This document shows positions 1 to 10,544 of a stretch of 46,204 nt of DNA, piece by piece. Where the stretch lies: positions 1 through 46,204 of the forward strand of contig JAAXXG010000008.1 of NCBI GenBank assembly GCA_013334575.1, read 5' to 3'. Each line of letters begins with the position of its first letter. Position 1 is the stretch's first letter. The stretch is from Candidatus Moraniibacteriota bacterium. Its GTDB lineage: Bacteria > Patescibacteriota > Minisyncoccia > Moranbacterales > UBA1568. Made by a program: the position numbers and the translations under genes. Below the pieces are notes generated by a model, which saw only the letters and a list, made by a program, of their open reading frames with translations, was not told the DNA's origin and ran no database searches.

Positions 1-368
<368 letters not shown>

Positions 369-514
369 TGGACCCGAAGGTCCGATACCGACTTTGATCC
401 TTCCCAAAGGAATATGTGGACCAACCGCAAAAAATTGCGATTGTCTGAATTTTCAAGGTTCGTCGCAGATATAAAAAAAGAAAATACCGTTTCCTTTTCC
501 TACGCTGCTTTCCC

Positions 515-543
515 AGTATAGGGAGCGTTCCGAAACCTGTCAA
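515..543 (-). promoter_or_regulatory. sigma70 promoter of the rRNA gene
   Basis: TTGACA (543-538), 17 bp, TATACT (520-515), about 150 nt upstream of 16S. Confidence 0.85.
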
Positions 544-603
544 GGGCCGCGCCTCGTACGTCGAAACGAAACGAAAGATAAAAAAATAAGGCTTTTAAAA
601 GCC

Positions 604-1104
604 TTATTTCGAACGTCTGTTCATGAGGAGCAATATGAGCAACGGCGCCGCGAGCCAAAGGAGTTCCGCAAGCGGGGTCCCGAAGTACCTGATCGGAATC
701 GGAATAGGCGAAAGTGCGACTGTCTTTCCCGGCAGAAGCCGGATCAATACGCTTGTCACCATGCCCGCCACCACGACGCCGGTCACCACGACACGCCACA
801 GCACATCCTGCGGAACCGACGGAACATGAATCTCGAACAGCGAACGATCGATCAGCGTCAACAGTACGAGCAACACCAGAAAGAGAGCCGCTTCGTCGAG
901 TGGAAACGACTTCGGAACGACTCCCTGCGCGGCCGCGGAAAACGCCATCGCCACATAGACGTTCATAACCACGTTCACGAGCCGGTTCCGACCGAGTAAA
1001 AATCCGATGCCGATACCGACGCCGACAAAGAGGACGAGAAAGACCGTCAGCGAGGCGGTTTCCGGCGTAACCGTCGTCGGAAACAGCGAGAGAATCGCGT
1101 TCAT
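604..1104 (-). CDS. hypothetical multi-pass membrane protein
   Basis: ORF with about 5 hydrophobic segments; start uncertain (1104/1122/1152). Confidence 0.75.
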   Translation of the reverse strand: MNAILSLFPTTVTPETASLTVFLVLFVGVGIGIGFLLGRNRLVNVVMNVYVAMAFSAAAQGVVPKSFPLDEAALFLVLLVLLTLIDRSLFEIHVPSVPQDVLWRVVVTGVVVAGMVTSVLIRLLPGKTVALSPIPIPIRYFGTPLAELLWLAAPLLILLLMNRRSK

Positions 1105-1244
1105 GGACGTTTCGTTTCGCATATGATACCATCCACGACCGGACATCGTCAAAATACGCCTTGAAAAGGCATGTTTTTACACATCCGCCCGGAAACGAAG
1201 ACCCTCGCCAAACCAGATATCCCGTGCTATACTGATGCGGAATT

Positions 1245-2735
1245 ATGCAGCATCTCAATCGGCTCCACAACCTGGTCTTCTGGATCTTCCTCATCCTCTT
1301 CCTTACCACATCCGCGACGGTCCTCTTCTTCACGTTCGGATACCGGTTCAGCTTCGAACGCGGGATATTCGTCTACACGGGATCGATCACGATCAAAGCG
1401 AACCCTCGATCGGTAGCGATCGAAATCGACGGGAAATCGGTGCCGTCCGAAATGATTCACAACATCAACCAGTCCTACCACATCACTGGCCTTCCGCCCG
1501 GCGAACACCTGCTCCGGGTGAAAGCGGACGGTTTCCGACCCTGGGAAAAGAAGATCCGAGTCCAGAGCGGCATTTCAACGGAATTCTGGAACGTACTTCT
1601 CACACGCGAGACGTACGACCGGACCGTCGTCGCGACGGGGCCGTTTATAAAAGCGTTCCCGTCCTCGACCGGGCGGCACCTTGCCCTGCTGGCCGAATCC
1701 GACGAGGAAACGACCGTCTCGATACTGGACCGGAAAACCGGCGAGACGCAACAGGTTTTTTCGAGCCGCTCGTTCCTGTTCGACCACGAAGACCAGCGCA
1801 ACATCGAGTGGTCGAAGAGCGAGGATGAACTGCTCATTCCCGTCCGGGCACATGACGACGATGAGCGGACCGTCTTCCTCGTCCGACTCGAAACCGGCGC
1901 TGCCACGGATATCCGCGACATCTCTTCGATGCGGAATCCTGAAAACCCTCGCTGGCACCCCTCCGACGACGGATCGTTCTTCGTCATATCCGACGGAACG
2001 CTTTCGCTCATCCGACCAGACGCCAAGGATATCGGGCTACGGACGATTCCGATAGCGACCGATACCGCCGCATATGACCTCTCCTCGCGACTCATCATCC
2101 TTCTCGCCCGCGACGGATCCGTCGGCAGGCTTCCGGTGGGTGCAGACGTCGGAACCGCTCCCGAGACATTCGCAGGCCCGATTCCGAGTGCTTCCTCCTT
2201 CCGGAATCCGTTCCTTGTCGCCTATGACGAGCGTCGCGTCGCCGTATACGACCTCGGCGGGGCAGGTTATCTATACAATGACGACGGGAACGTGAAACCG
2301 GCCATCATTCCGCTCTTCCCTTCCGACATGCGCGGCATCCAGTTCTCCGACGATGGCAAGAAGCTGCTCTTCCGGTCCTCGACCGAGATTTCCATCGCGT
2401 TCACGCGTGACTGGGATGTCCAACCTGCGCGAAAAAGCGGAGACATACTGCAAATAGCACGTTTCTCGGCGTCATTGACGGACGTCCAATGGGCGAAGGA
2501 CTACGAACATGTCCTCCTGGTGCGTAGTGCCTCGATCGAGATCGCCGAACTCGACAATCGGGACCGGCGAAACATCGAAACGCTCATCCCCTCGCAGGAC
2601 GGAAATATCCGCCAGATCCTTCCGATACCGGCCGACAACGAGCTTCTCTTCCTCGCTACCACCGACATCGAAACAGCGGATACTGCCCTCTCGCTCGTCG
2701 GCTTTCCGGAACCGGTCGGTATCTTCGGACAATAG
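1245..2735 (+). CDS. membrane-anchored PEGA-domain protein with probable C-terminal beta-propeller
   Basis: N-terminal TM; PEGA signature (GSITIKANP..IEIDG..GLPPGEHLLRVKADGFRPWEKKI); TolB/WD-like motifs (QFSDDGKKLLF, VQWAKDYEHVL). Confidence 0.8.
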   Translation: MQHLNRLHNLVFWIFLILFLTTSATVLFFTFGYRFSFERGIFVYTGSITIKANPRSVAIEIDGKSVPSEMIHNINQSYHITGLPPGEHLLRVKADGFRPWEKKIRVQSGISTEFWNVLLTRETYDRTVVATGPFIKAFPSSTGRHLALLAESDEETTVSILDRKTGETQQVFSSRSFLFDHEDQRNIEWSKSEDELLIPVRAHDDDERTVFLVRLETGAATDIRDISSMRNPENPRWHPSDDGSFFVISDGTLSLIRPDAKDIGLRTIPIATDTAAYDLSSRLIILLARDGSVGRLPVGADVGTAPETFAGPIPSASSFRNPFLVAYDERRVAVYDLGGAGYLYNDDGNVKPAIIPLFPSDMRGIQFSDDGKKLLFRSSTEISIAFTRDWDVQPARKSGDILQIARFSASLTDVQWAKDYEHVLLVRSASIEIAELDNRDRRNIETLIPSQDGNIRQILPIPADNELLFLATTDIETADTALSLVGFPEPVGIFGQ

Positions 2736-2813
2736 CCATCCGACACATACGGACAGCGGAATACCGGACCAGGGAAGGTCCGGTATTTCTTTCATGTTCG
2801 CAATAAGCAGTAT

Positions 2814-3977
2814 CTATCGAAAAAGACTTTCAAGAAAGGCCTTATCACCAGCGGCTTTTTCTTGCGACGATACTATCTCCTTTTTTTCATTTTTCTTTTC
2901 AGGAGAAGCTCCTCTTCCGTCTTCCGCCTTCTTCTGAGACTGACCGGATACCGCGGATGACTCGCCTCCAGGAAGACTTTCCGATGATACGCCTTCGCGT
3001 ATGAACCGCTGACGAAACATCTGCTTAACAGCCTCATCCCGAACAAGATCGTTTCCAATCACTCTATCTTTCTTTTCGATGATCATCTCCAAATCCGTAT
3101 CTCCCGGTCGCACATTGACCCCATCGAGGATCGCGTGCGTTATCCTCGCATTGAAGGTATTCAGTCTCGCCTGTTCCGTAGCGACACGCATCCGATACTC
3201 ACGGTAGATTCGCGCCGCCTGCTCGTTCCGGGCCTTCGGATCGGAAAACGAAGAAATCGACCACCTCTCGAACTGCAGGTCGAATTCGTCGCATATCCGT
3301 TGGACCGCCATCTGATGTTCGGAACGGCCAACCCTGAAATCCTCCAGCGCCCGACGCGCACCGGCCTCGCGTTCCCGCTGACGGTCACGAGCCTGATTCC
3401 TCTCGTTCTCATCCTTCTGGCGCTCCTGCCTCACATCACGCAACGCATCAAGTGGCGTTCGCGATATATCATCGACGACTTCCTGACCGAAACGCGACAA
3501 GTTTCCGCCGACGATATCCTTTGCAACCCGCTGAAAATCCGCCTTCGCCTCCCTCGAGGTCGAAATGGTAAGGAGGAGGGCCGCTATGGGAACCGCGATC
3601 TTCGGGTGTTTCCGGATCCGATCCATCAGTCCAGCGACCGGATTATTTCTCCCGGCATCTTCCATAGCCGACTCCGACACACTGGCAATATCCGATTCCT
3701 CATTCGGAAGCGTTTTCAATACATAGGCAGCATCCTTCTCCAAGAAGCCTCCGTTCCGCACATCTTCAGCGAAGCCGGCCAGAAGGCCTCTTTGAAGATT
3801 TTGTCCTCTCTTTTCCGAAGACGACGATGCGGACGCTTCCGGAAGGACCGACTCCGGCATCCTCAACCGAGAAGATTCATCGCGAACAGAAAGCAGTGTC
3901 CCCTCTGGGGTTACATGAAGCTCCCCGTCCGGATGTTCGGCGGCATATCGCCCCGTTTCGAATCCTCCTCTGGTCAT
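2814..3977 (-). CDS. hypothetical protein (internal TM, coiled coil)
   Basis: 387-aa ORF directly following the 3984-4268 ORF on the same strand. Confidence 0.7.
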   Translation of the reverse strand: MTRGGFETGRYAAEHPDGELHVTPEGTLLSVRDESSRLRMPESVLPEASASSSSEKRGQNLQRGLLAGFAEDVRNGGFLEKDAAYVLKTLPNEESDIASVSESAMEDAGRNNPVAGLMDRIRKHPKIAVPIAALLLTISTSREAKADFQRVAKDIVGGNLSRFGQEVVDDISRTPLDALRDVRQERQKDENERNQARDRQREREAGARRALEDFRVGRSEHQMAVQRICDEFDLQFERWSISSFSDPKARNEQAARIYREYRMRVATEQARLNTFNARITHAILDGVNVRPGDTDLEMIIEKKDRVIGNDLVRDEAVKQMFRQRFIREGVSSESLPGGESSAVSGQSQKKAEDGRGASPEKKNEKKEIVSSQEKAAGDKAFLESLFR

Positions 3978-3983
3978 ACGCGT

Positions 3984-4268
3984 CTAGTCGGCGGCTTTCA
4001 TAATCCCCGCGAAGTACGCCCGCTCTTCCTCCATGATCTCGTCGAGTTTTGCCTGGTCGCCGTGCGCGGCCGCACGCTTCCGCAGGTTCCCGGTGAAAAA
4101 TACGAGCAGGTCGCGGTCCTGGGAGAAGACATCCACGAACATACGCCGGACATACTCTCCGGCGTCGGCGAGCCGACCGCGCCACAGGCTGCGATCCTCT
4201 TCGGAAAGATCGGCCCGTTCGAACATGCGTTCGAGCTTGTCGTTGAATTCCTCCTCACTTATAAGCAT
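3984..4268 (-). CDS. hypothetical protein
   Basis: 94-aa helical ORF from ATG 4268 (MLISEEEFND); the longer ORF start overlaps rpsI. Confidence 0.7.
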   Translation of the reverse strand: MLISEEEFNDKLERMFERADLSEEDRSLWRGRLADAGEYVRRMFVDVFSQDRDLLVFFTGNLRKRAAAHGDQAKLDEIMEEERAYFAGIMKAAD

Positions 4269-4356
4269 ATGGAAAAAGTATACCACGATTTCGCATCTGT
4301 GAAAAAAGAAACCCGACCGTATGGAACGGTCGGGCCTTGGTGTCCGGAATGTCTTG

Positions 4357-4806
4357 CTAGCGCTTGGACCACTGAGGAGAGCGACGAGCCTTCTTAAGGC
4401 CCGGCTTCTTGCGTTCCACGGAGCGCGCGTCACGGGTCAGCAATCCTTCCGCACGGAGCGGCAGACGAAGCGCCTCATCGTGCTTGAGAAGCGCTCGGGC
4501 AACCCCGAGACGGATCGCTTCCGCCTGCGCGTTCACACCACCACCCTTGACCGTCGCCGAAACGACGAAGTCGCCGGATAGTCCGAGCGCCGACAATGGG
4601 GCGAGAAGCGTCGGCTGCAGCGCGACCGGAAAATACTCGGTATAATCCTTGCGGTTCACGACATGCTTGTCGTTTCCTTTGTCGGGATACAGGCGAACCT
4701 GTGCGACCGCCGTCTTGCGTCGGCCGACCGCATAAAGGTATCCGCCCGAAACAGACGCCTTCGTCGCCTTCTTCTCCTTCTCGATAATCGCGGTTTTCGT
4801 CGCCAT
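4357..4806 (-). CDS. rpsI: 30S ribosomal protein S9
   Basis: GRRKTAVAQVRL, GGGVNAQAEAIRLG, ERKKPGLKKARRSPQWSKR. Confidence 0.98.
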   Translation of the reverse strand: MATKTAIIEKEKKATKASVSGGYLYAVGRRKTAVAQVRLYPDKGNDKHVVNRKDYTEYFPVALQPTLLAPLSALGLSGDFVVSATVKGGGVNAQAEAIRLGVARALLKHDEALRLPLRAEGLLTRDARSVERKKPGLKKARRSPQWSKR

Positions 4807-4810
4807 ACGC

Positions 4811-5212
4811 CTAGTCGTGTTTCACATGAATGGTCTTTTCCTCATGCTCGGCCCCCTTGTACAGTCGGAGTCGGGTAAGCGCCTGATCTCGGAGCTTGTT
4901 CTTCGGAAGCATCCCGTAGACTGCCTGATACAGGATCTTCCGGGAATCCTTCTTCATCTGGTCCTTGAAGGCGATGGAACGGATACCGCCCGGATAACCG
5001 CTGAAATGATGATAGATCTTGTCCTCGCGCTTATTGCCGGTGACCTGAAGCCCGTCCGTATTCACGACGACCACGAAGTCGCCGCCGTCTATATGCGGCG
5101 TATAGTCGACCTTCGTCTTTCCGGAGACGACTCCGGCGATCTCGGTCGCGAGCCGCCCGAGGACCTTGCCCTGGGCGTCGAACAAATGATATTTCCGGTT
5201 CACCTGCTTCAT
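4811..5212 (-). CDS. rplM: 50S ribosomal protein L13
   Basis: DAQGKVLGRLA, YTPHIDGGDFVVVVN, GYPGG, VYGMLPKNKL; ATG at 5212. Confidence 0.98.
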   Translation of the reverse strand: MKQVNRKYHLFDAQGKVLGRLATEIAGVVSGKTKVDYTPHIDGGDFVVVVNTDGLQVTGNKREDKIYHHFSGYPGGIRSIAFKDQMKKDSRKILYQAVYGMLPKNKLRDQALTRLRLYKGAEHEEKTIHVKHD

Positions 5213-5235
5213 ATCGGTTGTATGCAAATCGGGGC

Positions 5236-5607
5236 TTAGGCGACGAACTCGATCACGGCCATCTCGGCGCCGTCGCCTTTTCGGGCACCGAGCTTCACGA
5301 CGCGGGTGTATCCGCTCGGCCGGTCCGAAAACCGGGCAACGAACTCCGGCGAGACAAGCGTCCTGACCGCCCCTTCCGGAAGCGACTTGGAGAGCTCTCT
5401 GATGGCGGCAACCCGCTTGCCGGCATCGATTGATCCGCGCTTCGCACGATTCACGATCGGATCGATCATGTTCTTGACCTCCTTCGCCTTAGCGAGCGTC
5501 GTCTCGATCCGCCCGTGCATGACAAGACTGCCGATAAGCGTCCGGAAAAGCGCGCGGCGCTGATTCCTGTTCCTGCTGAGTATCCGTCCGGATTTCCTGT
5601 GGTTCAT
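5236..5607 (-). CDS. rplQ: 50S ribosomal protein L17
   Basis: MNHRKSGRILSR, IETTLAKAKE, GYTRVVKLGARKGDGAEMAVIE. Confidence 0.98.
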   Translation of the reverse strand: MNHRKSGRILSRNRNQRRALFRTLIGSLVMHGRIETTLAKAKEVKNMIDPIVNRAKRGSIDAGKRVAAIRELSKSLPEGAVRTLVSPEFVARFSDRPSGYTRVVKLGARKGDGAEMAVIEFVA

Positions 5608-5638
5608 ACGAAAAGCCCCAAACTGTCCGTTGCTTACG

Positions 5639-6412
5639 CTACTCTTCCGATCCTCCCTCTTCCGCCTTCTCCTCCGCCTTCTTCGCAGCCGACTTCTTGG
5701 AAGTCTTCTTCGGTTCCTCCGCCGGCTCCTCGGAGATCTCTTCGCGGATGGCCGAGAACTGGTCGACGAGAATCTCGATCGCCTTCCCGAACGCTGCCTC
5801 CGGGGTCACGCTACCGTCGGTCACGACTTCGATCGACACCTTGTCGTAGTCGGTCCGCTTCCCGACGCGCATGTTCTCAACCTCGTAGTTCACACGGCGG
5901 ATCGGCGTATAGATCGCGTCGAGCGCGATCGTTCCGATCTCACGTTCCTCACTCTCGCGCGACTCGACCGGCACGTAGCCGATTCCCTTTCCGATCACGA
6001 GCTCCATCTCGAACTCGGCCTTCTTGTCGGTCAGCGTCGCGATCAGCTGATCGGGATTGACGATCTCTACCGAAGACGACGCCTTCAGATCGCCAGCCTT
6101 CACCTGGCCCTCGCCCTTCGCCTTTACCGAGACGGTGACCTCCTCGTCACCGTGGAGACGGAAGCGAAGCTGCTTGAGATTGAGCAGAATCTGCACGGCA
6201 TCCTCCATGACGCCGGGAATCGACGTGAACTCATGTGAGACGCCCTTGATCTTGACGGAACGGGCCGCCGCGCCCTCGAGAGAAGAAAGGAGAACGCGTC
6301 GGATGGCATTGCCGAGCGTCGCGCCGTATCCAGGATAGCATCCGAGAATCTCGAACTTGGCGACGTTCTCTCCGACCTGGGTGACCTTGGGTTTCTGGGG
6401 TACCGGAATCAT
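5639..6412 (-). CDS. rpoA: RNA polymerase alpha subunit (N-terminal domain only, no alpha-CTD)
   Basis: GYGATLGNAIRRVLLSSLEG, HEFTSIPGVMED, DAIYTPIRRVNYEVE; lies between rpsD and rplQ; ATG at 6412. Confidence 0.96.
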   Translation of the reverse strand: MIPVPQKPKVTQVGENVAKFEILGCYPGYGATLGNAIRRVLLSSLEGAAARSVKIKGVSHEFTSIPGVMEDAVQILLNLKQLRFRLHGDEEVTVSVKAKGEGQVKAGDLKASSSVEIVNPDQLIATLTDKKAEFEMELVIGKGIGYVPVESRESEEREIGTIALDAIYTPIRRVNYEVENMRVGKRTDYDKVSIEVVTDGSVTPEAAFGKAIEILVDQFSAIREEISEEPAEEPKKTSKKSAAKKAEEKAEEGGSEE

Positions 6413-6479
6413 AGGTTTTTTCCGAATGCCCGGCGGCGTCATGCGCCATCGGAACATCCTCCTTCGGATTACTTACGGC

Positions 6480-7109
6480 TTACTTCGAGTAGTACTCGAC
6501 AACGAGCTGAGGATCGACATTCACCTCCACGTCCTCGCGACTCGGAAGCGATACGACTTTCCCTTCGAGCTTCGCGGCGTCGACCTCGAGCCACTTCGGC
6601 ACATCCTTCTTCGTGGCAAGCTTCTCGGGAAGTTCCTTGAAATAGTTTCGGTCGCGCTTTCCGTCCTTGACCGAGACGACATCCCCGGGACAGACCTCGA
6701 ACGACGGAACGTTCATACGACGTCCGTTCACGAAAAAGCAGTTGTGCGAGACGAGCTGACGGGCCTGCGCGCGCGACGGAGCGAACCCCATCCGATAAAC
6801 GACGTTATCGAGACGGCGTTCGAGACGGCCGAGCAGCTCGTTCCCGACGATACCCTTGCGCTTCGTGGCCTCCTCGAAGTGCCGACGAAACTGACGCTCC
6901 ATGACCCCGTAGACGCGCTTGATCCGCTGCTTCATGGCAAGCTGGCGACCGAACTCGCTTCCGGAGCGCGACGGCTTGGCTCCGTGCTGTCCGGGCGCGG
7001 TCGGGCGACGTACCATGGCGCACTTCTGCGAGAAACAACGATCCCCCTTGAGGAAGAGCTTCTCGCCGGCGCGTCGGCAGAGTCTGCATTTGTCCGTAAT
7101 TCGTGCCAT
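6480..7109 (-). CDS. rpsD: 30S ribosomal protein S4 (Cys-containing, Zn-binding type)
   Basis: CRLCRRAGEKLFLKGDRC, LERRLDNVVYRMGF, LVVEYYSK. Confidence 0.98.
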   Translation of the reverse strand: MARITDKCRLCRRAGEKLFLKGDRCFSQKCAMVRRPTAPGQHGAKPSRSGSEFGRQLAMKQRIKRVYGVMERQFRRHFEEATKRKGIVGNELLGRLERRLDNVVYRMGFAPSRAQARQLVSHNCFFVNGRRMNVPSFEVCPGDVVSVKDGKRDRNYFKELPEKLATKKDVPKWLEVDAAKLEGKVVSLPSREDVEVNVDPQLVVEYYSK

Positions 7110-7132
7110 ATCGTTTCGATTCCTGTCCGTGA

Positions 7133-7582
7133 TTAGATTCTCCGAGGACGCTGCGGGCGGCAGCCGTTATGCGGGAGCGGAGTGATGTCCTTAATGGAAA
7201 GCAGGGTGAACCCGTTGTTCGCAAGCGCACGGACCGAGGCCTCGCGACCGCTGCCAACGCCCTTTACGAACACGTCAAGCTCCTGAAGGCCGAACTTCTT
7301 CACCTTCTCGGCAACCTCGGCCACGACCTGGGTAGCGGCGTACGGGGTCGACTTCTTGGCGCCCTTGAACCCGAGATGACCGGCGCTCGACCAGGCGAGC
7401 GTAGAACCGTTCTGATCGGTCAGGGTGACGATGGTATTGTTGTACGTGCACTGAACGCTCGCGCGTCCACGAAAGACGGACTTCTTGCCCTTCTTCTTTT
7501 TCTTGCCGGTCTCCGGCGCGGCGGAATCGGCGGCTTCCACCGCCTCCGTCGTCACGTTTTCCTTGATCGCTTCGTCTGCCAT
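7133..7582 (-). CDS. rpsK: 30S ribosomal protein S11
   Basis: TYNNTIVT, GFKGAKKSTPYAA, DITPLPHNGCRP. Confidence 0.98.
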   Translation of the reverse strand: MADEAIKENVTTEAVEAADSAAPETGKKKKKGKKSVFRGRASVQCTYNNTIVTLTDQNGSTLAWSSAGHLGFKGAKKSTPYAATQVVAEVAEKVKKFGLQELDVFVKGVGSGREASVRALANNGFTLLSIKDITPLPHNGCRPQRPRRI

Positions 7583-7644
7583 ATCCTTTGATGGTGATAT
7601 CGGTCCTTAGTCCGCTCCCGTCATCCGACGGGATGCGATCCGTC

Positions 7645-8034
7645 CTACGTCTTCTGTCCTTCCTTGCGGCGGCCGCTCCCCATAGTGCGACGCACGTTGC
7701 CGCGGACGGTCCGAGTATTCGTCTTCGTCCGCTGTCCCCGGGCAGGAAGTCCCTTCTGATGGCGGGTCCCCCGATAGCATCCGATCTCGCGCAGACGCTT
7801 GACGCTCATCTTCACCTGGTGCCGAAGCTCGCCTTCGACGCGATGTTTCTTCTCGATCGCCTCACGAAGCCGGTTCGCGTCGGCCGTCGGAAGATCCTTC
7901 GTCCTGACGGACGGATCGATTCCGAGCGACTCGAGAATCTTCCGGCTCGTGGCCGGACCGATGCCGTAGATATAGGTAAGCGACACGTCGATGCGCTTGC
8001 CGTCCGGGAGGTTGATGCCTGCGATTCGTACCAT
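7645..8034 (-). CDS. rpsM: 30S ribosomal protein S13
   Basis: MVRIAGINLP, LTYIYGIG, GLPARGQRTKTN. Confidence 0.98.
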   Translation of the reverse strand: MVRIAGINLPDGKRIDVSLTYIYGIGPATSRKILESLGIDPSVRTKDLPTADANRLREAIEKKHRVEGELRHQVKMSVKRLREIGCYRGTRHQKGLPARGQRTKTNTRTVRGNVRRTMGSGRRKEGQKT

Positions 8035-8066
8035 AATCGGTTTCTCAGCGTTTGCTTACGGTCGTC

Positions 8067-8180
8067 CTAGCCCTGCCGCTGCTTATGTTTCGGATTCGTG
8101 CAGATGATGAACACCTTACCGCGACGGCGCACGATCTTGCAGCTTGCGCAGATTTTTTTTACCGATGCCCTTACTTTCAT
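8067..8180 (-). CDS. rpmJ: 50S ribosomal protein L36
   Basis: Manual translation [37 protein letters not shown] (absent from the ORF track). Confidence 0.98.
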   Translation of the reverse strand: MKVRASVKKICASCKIVRRRGKVFIICTNPKHKQRQG

Positions 8181-8201
8181 ATCGTTTCACGTAAGCCTTA
8201 C

Positions 8202-8426
8202 CTACTGACGGAGCCGCTGGACGATCCGCCCCTTTGAGAGATCGTACGGACTCAGTTCGATGATGACCCGATCGCCGGGTAGGAGCCTGATGTAATGGAC
8301 CCGCATCTTTCCGGAAATGTGCCCGAGCACCTCGTGTCCGCTCGTTAGACGGATCTTGAAGGTCGCACTCGGAAGGGATTCGACGACCTCCCCTTCCATC
8401 CGCACCACGTCTTTCGTGTTTCCCAT
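8202..8426 (-). CDS. infA: translation initiation factor IF-1
   Basis: [39 protein letters not shown]. Confidence 0.98.
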   Translation of the reverse strand: MGNTKDVVRMEGEVVESLPSATFKIRLTSGHEVLGHISGKMRVHYIRLLPGDRVIIELSPYDLSKGRIVQRLRQ

Positions 8427-8561
8427 ATCGGGACTTTTCCTTAAGAAATGTCAGGACAACGCAAAAACAGAGAGCTCTTCCGCTGGACGACCGATCCAAA
8501 TTCCTGATGCCAGCCTGCGTCGCCTGCGCTCCGTGAAGAAGCTATTTTTCTGTGTGAACCC

Positions 8562-8590
8562 ATTCTAAGAGAGTCGGCGGATTTTGTCAA
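8562..8590 (-). promoter_or_regulatory. sigma70 promoter of the infA-rpsI operon
   Basis: TTGACA (8590-8585), 17 bp, TAGAAT (8567-8562). Confidence 0.8.
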
Positions 8591-8684
8591 ACGTCCGGCC
8601 GCCGATACCTCGGACCCGCATGGAACGTTCCTTTCTTTTGTCGAATCGTCTTTCGATAGGTCAGAATAATTGGCTTTATGAAGC

Positions 8685-9398
8685 CTATTTCCCGTACCGA
8701 CGTTCCCGACGGGAGAACTCGTCCACCGCATCCGAAAGCGATTCCGCATCGAAATCCGGAAACAGCTTCTCCGAAAAGAACAGTTGCGAATCAGCGGTTT
8801 CCCACATCAGAAATCCTGCGGAAAGATGAGCGTCCCCTCCGGTCCGTATCAGAAGATCGACCGGCGCGACATCCCTCGAAAGAAGCACTCTCTTTACGGA
8901 TTCCTCGGTAACCTCCTCCGGTCGCATCCCGGAGCCGACTATCGAGCGGAACGCCGAAAGCATATCGTCCACACCGCTATAGGCGAGGAAGAAATTCAGA
9001 AAATGTCCATCATGCGACGCCGTCTTCTCTTCGAGATCGTTCAGCAGCCGTTTCAGAGGTGCCGGGAACTGTTCGCGCCACCGGCCGATAATCCGGACGC
9101 GGACCCGATCCTTCATGAGTTCCTCGCTTTCGGAAAGATCCCGGAACTGTTCCGAGTAGATTCGCAGGAGCTCCCGGCTCTCCTCCAAAGGTCGCTTCCG
9201 AAGGTTCTCGAGCGACGACCCCCAGATGGACAGTTCCCGCACGCCGAGATCGCGAGCCTTCCTGATAAGTTCCCGCATCGTCTTCGCGCCTTCCTCGTGC
9301 CCCTTCCACGGCTCCAGTCCGCGCGCACGCGCCCACCGACGGTTCCCGTCTGGAATGATGGCGACATGATTCGGTACGATGGCGACTGGCTCTGACAT
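8685..9398 (-). CDS. uppS: cis-prenyltransferase (undecaprenyl diphosphate synthase)
   Basis: PNHVAIIPDGNRRWA, ENLRKRP, DLLIRTGG, LSAGFLMWE, RERRYG. Confidence 0.93.
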   Translation of the reverse strand: MSEPVAIVPNHVAIIPDGNRRWARARGLEPWKGHEEGAKTMRELIRKARDLGVRELSIWGSSLENLRKRPLEESRELLRIYSEQFRDLSESEELMKDRVRVRIIGRWREQFPAPLKRLLNDLEEKTASHDGHFLNFFLAYSGVDDMLSAFRSIVGSGMRPEEVTEESVKRVLLSRDVAPVDLLIRTGGDAHLSAGFLMWETADSQLFFSEKLFPDFDAESLSDAVDEFSRRERRYGK

Positions 9399-9421
9399 GA
9401 CTTTCCTGGTCAATGATACGA

Positions 9422-10531
9422 TCAGAAATTCCGCTCGGATATGTAATCCGCCATGGATACGAGAAACCGTCTCGCATCCTCGGGGACACGGGGCGACGCG
9501 ATCGGTCGTTTCCCCTCACGGACCAATTCAAGCATGGAATCCGTCGTTAAATCAAGCGCACCGGTGTCCCGCAGGATAGAACGGAACCGTTCAAGATCGT
9601 CCGCATCGACACTCCCCGCAGACAGGATACGCTCAAGACCGGCGCGCTGAACCTTCGAAGCACGCTCGAGCGCGAAGAGGACGGGAAGTGTCCGTTTCCC
9701 CTCCTCTACGTCGGACCCGACCGGCTTCCCGAGTTTCTCTTCGGTCCCGAACGCGCCGAGGATGTCGTCCCTTATCTGGAATGCGACACCGATCGGAACC
9801 GCATAGGAACGGAGCGCCGCGATGAGTTCCTCGTCGCCGCCGGCAAGCAAGGCACCGAGCACGAGCGGCCCCTCGACCGTATACTTCGCGGTCTTGTATT
9901 CGTACATTCGAAGAACGTCTTCTCGCCCGATTCCGGAACGGAATTCGAAGGAGAGGTCCATCGCCTGACCGATTACGGTGTATGAGACGATGCGTTGCAG
10001 TTCGGAAAGCGCCCGAAAGACCCGTTCATTCGGAAATCCGGATCGGAACACGAGATCGTTACCGAGCGCGGCAACCAGGTCACCGACGATGATCGCGACC
10101 GAGTCGCCGAAATGCGCCGCATCCTCGGGTCGATGGAAGACCGATTTCCCGTATCGGGCATAGCGGGCATGTACGGTCTCGGTCCCATGCCGCAGGTCGT
10201 CGCGATCGATGACGTCGTCGTGCACGAGCAGAAACGCATGCACGAATTCCACGCTCATGGACGTCCGCAGTATCCGCTGTTCGTCGGTTCCTCCCGCCGC
10301 GAAATACCCCGCGCACATGAGTGCGGCACGGAGCCGCTTCCCACCAGCCAGTACCAGGTCCCGGACCGACCCGATCGCCTCCGCAACAAGCTCGTCCTCT
10401 TTGGCCGCCTCGGCGATAGCTGTGTCAAAATGCTCCCGGAGCAGCGGATTGATCCGGTCGCGGAACGCGGAAAGTCCCGTCTTCACGTCCGTCAGAAGCG
10501 CCTCGCGCAGCCCGATTCCGTTCGGTTCCAT
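9422..10531 (-). CDS. trans-polyprenyl diphosphate synthase (IdsA/GGPP synthase-like)
   Basis: GGKRLR, LVHDDVIDRDDLRHG (first Asp-rich motif), KTAKYT, FQIRDDILG, GKPVGSDVEEGKRT; ATG at 10531. Confidence 0.93.
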   Translation of the reverse strand: MEPNGIGLREALLTDVKTGLSAFRDRINPLLREHFDTAIAEAAKEDELVAEAIGSVRDLVLAGGKRLRAALMCAGYFAAGGTDEQRILRTSMSVEFVHAFLLVHDDVIDRDDLRHGTETVHARYARYGKSVFHRPEDAAHFGDSVAIIVGDLVAALGNDLVFRSGFPNERVFRALSELQRIVSYTVIGQAMDLSFEFRSGIGREDVLRMYEYKTAKYTVEGPLVLGALLAGGDEELIAALRSYAVPIGVAFQIRDDILGAFGTEEKLGKPVGSDVEEGKRTLPVLFALERASKVQRAGLERILSAGSVDADDLERFRSILRDTGALDLTTDSMLELVREGKRPIASPRVPEDARRFLVSMADYISERNF

Positions 10532-10544
10532 ACAGGTCCAGGAT

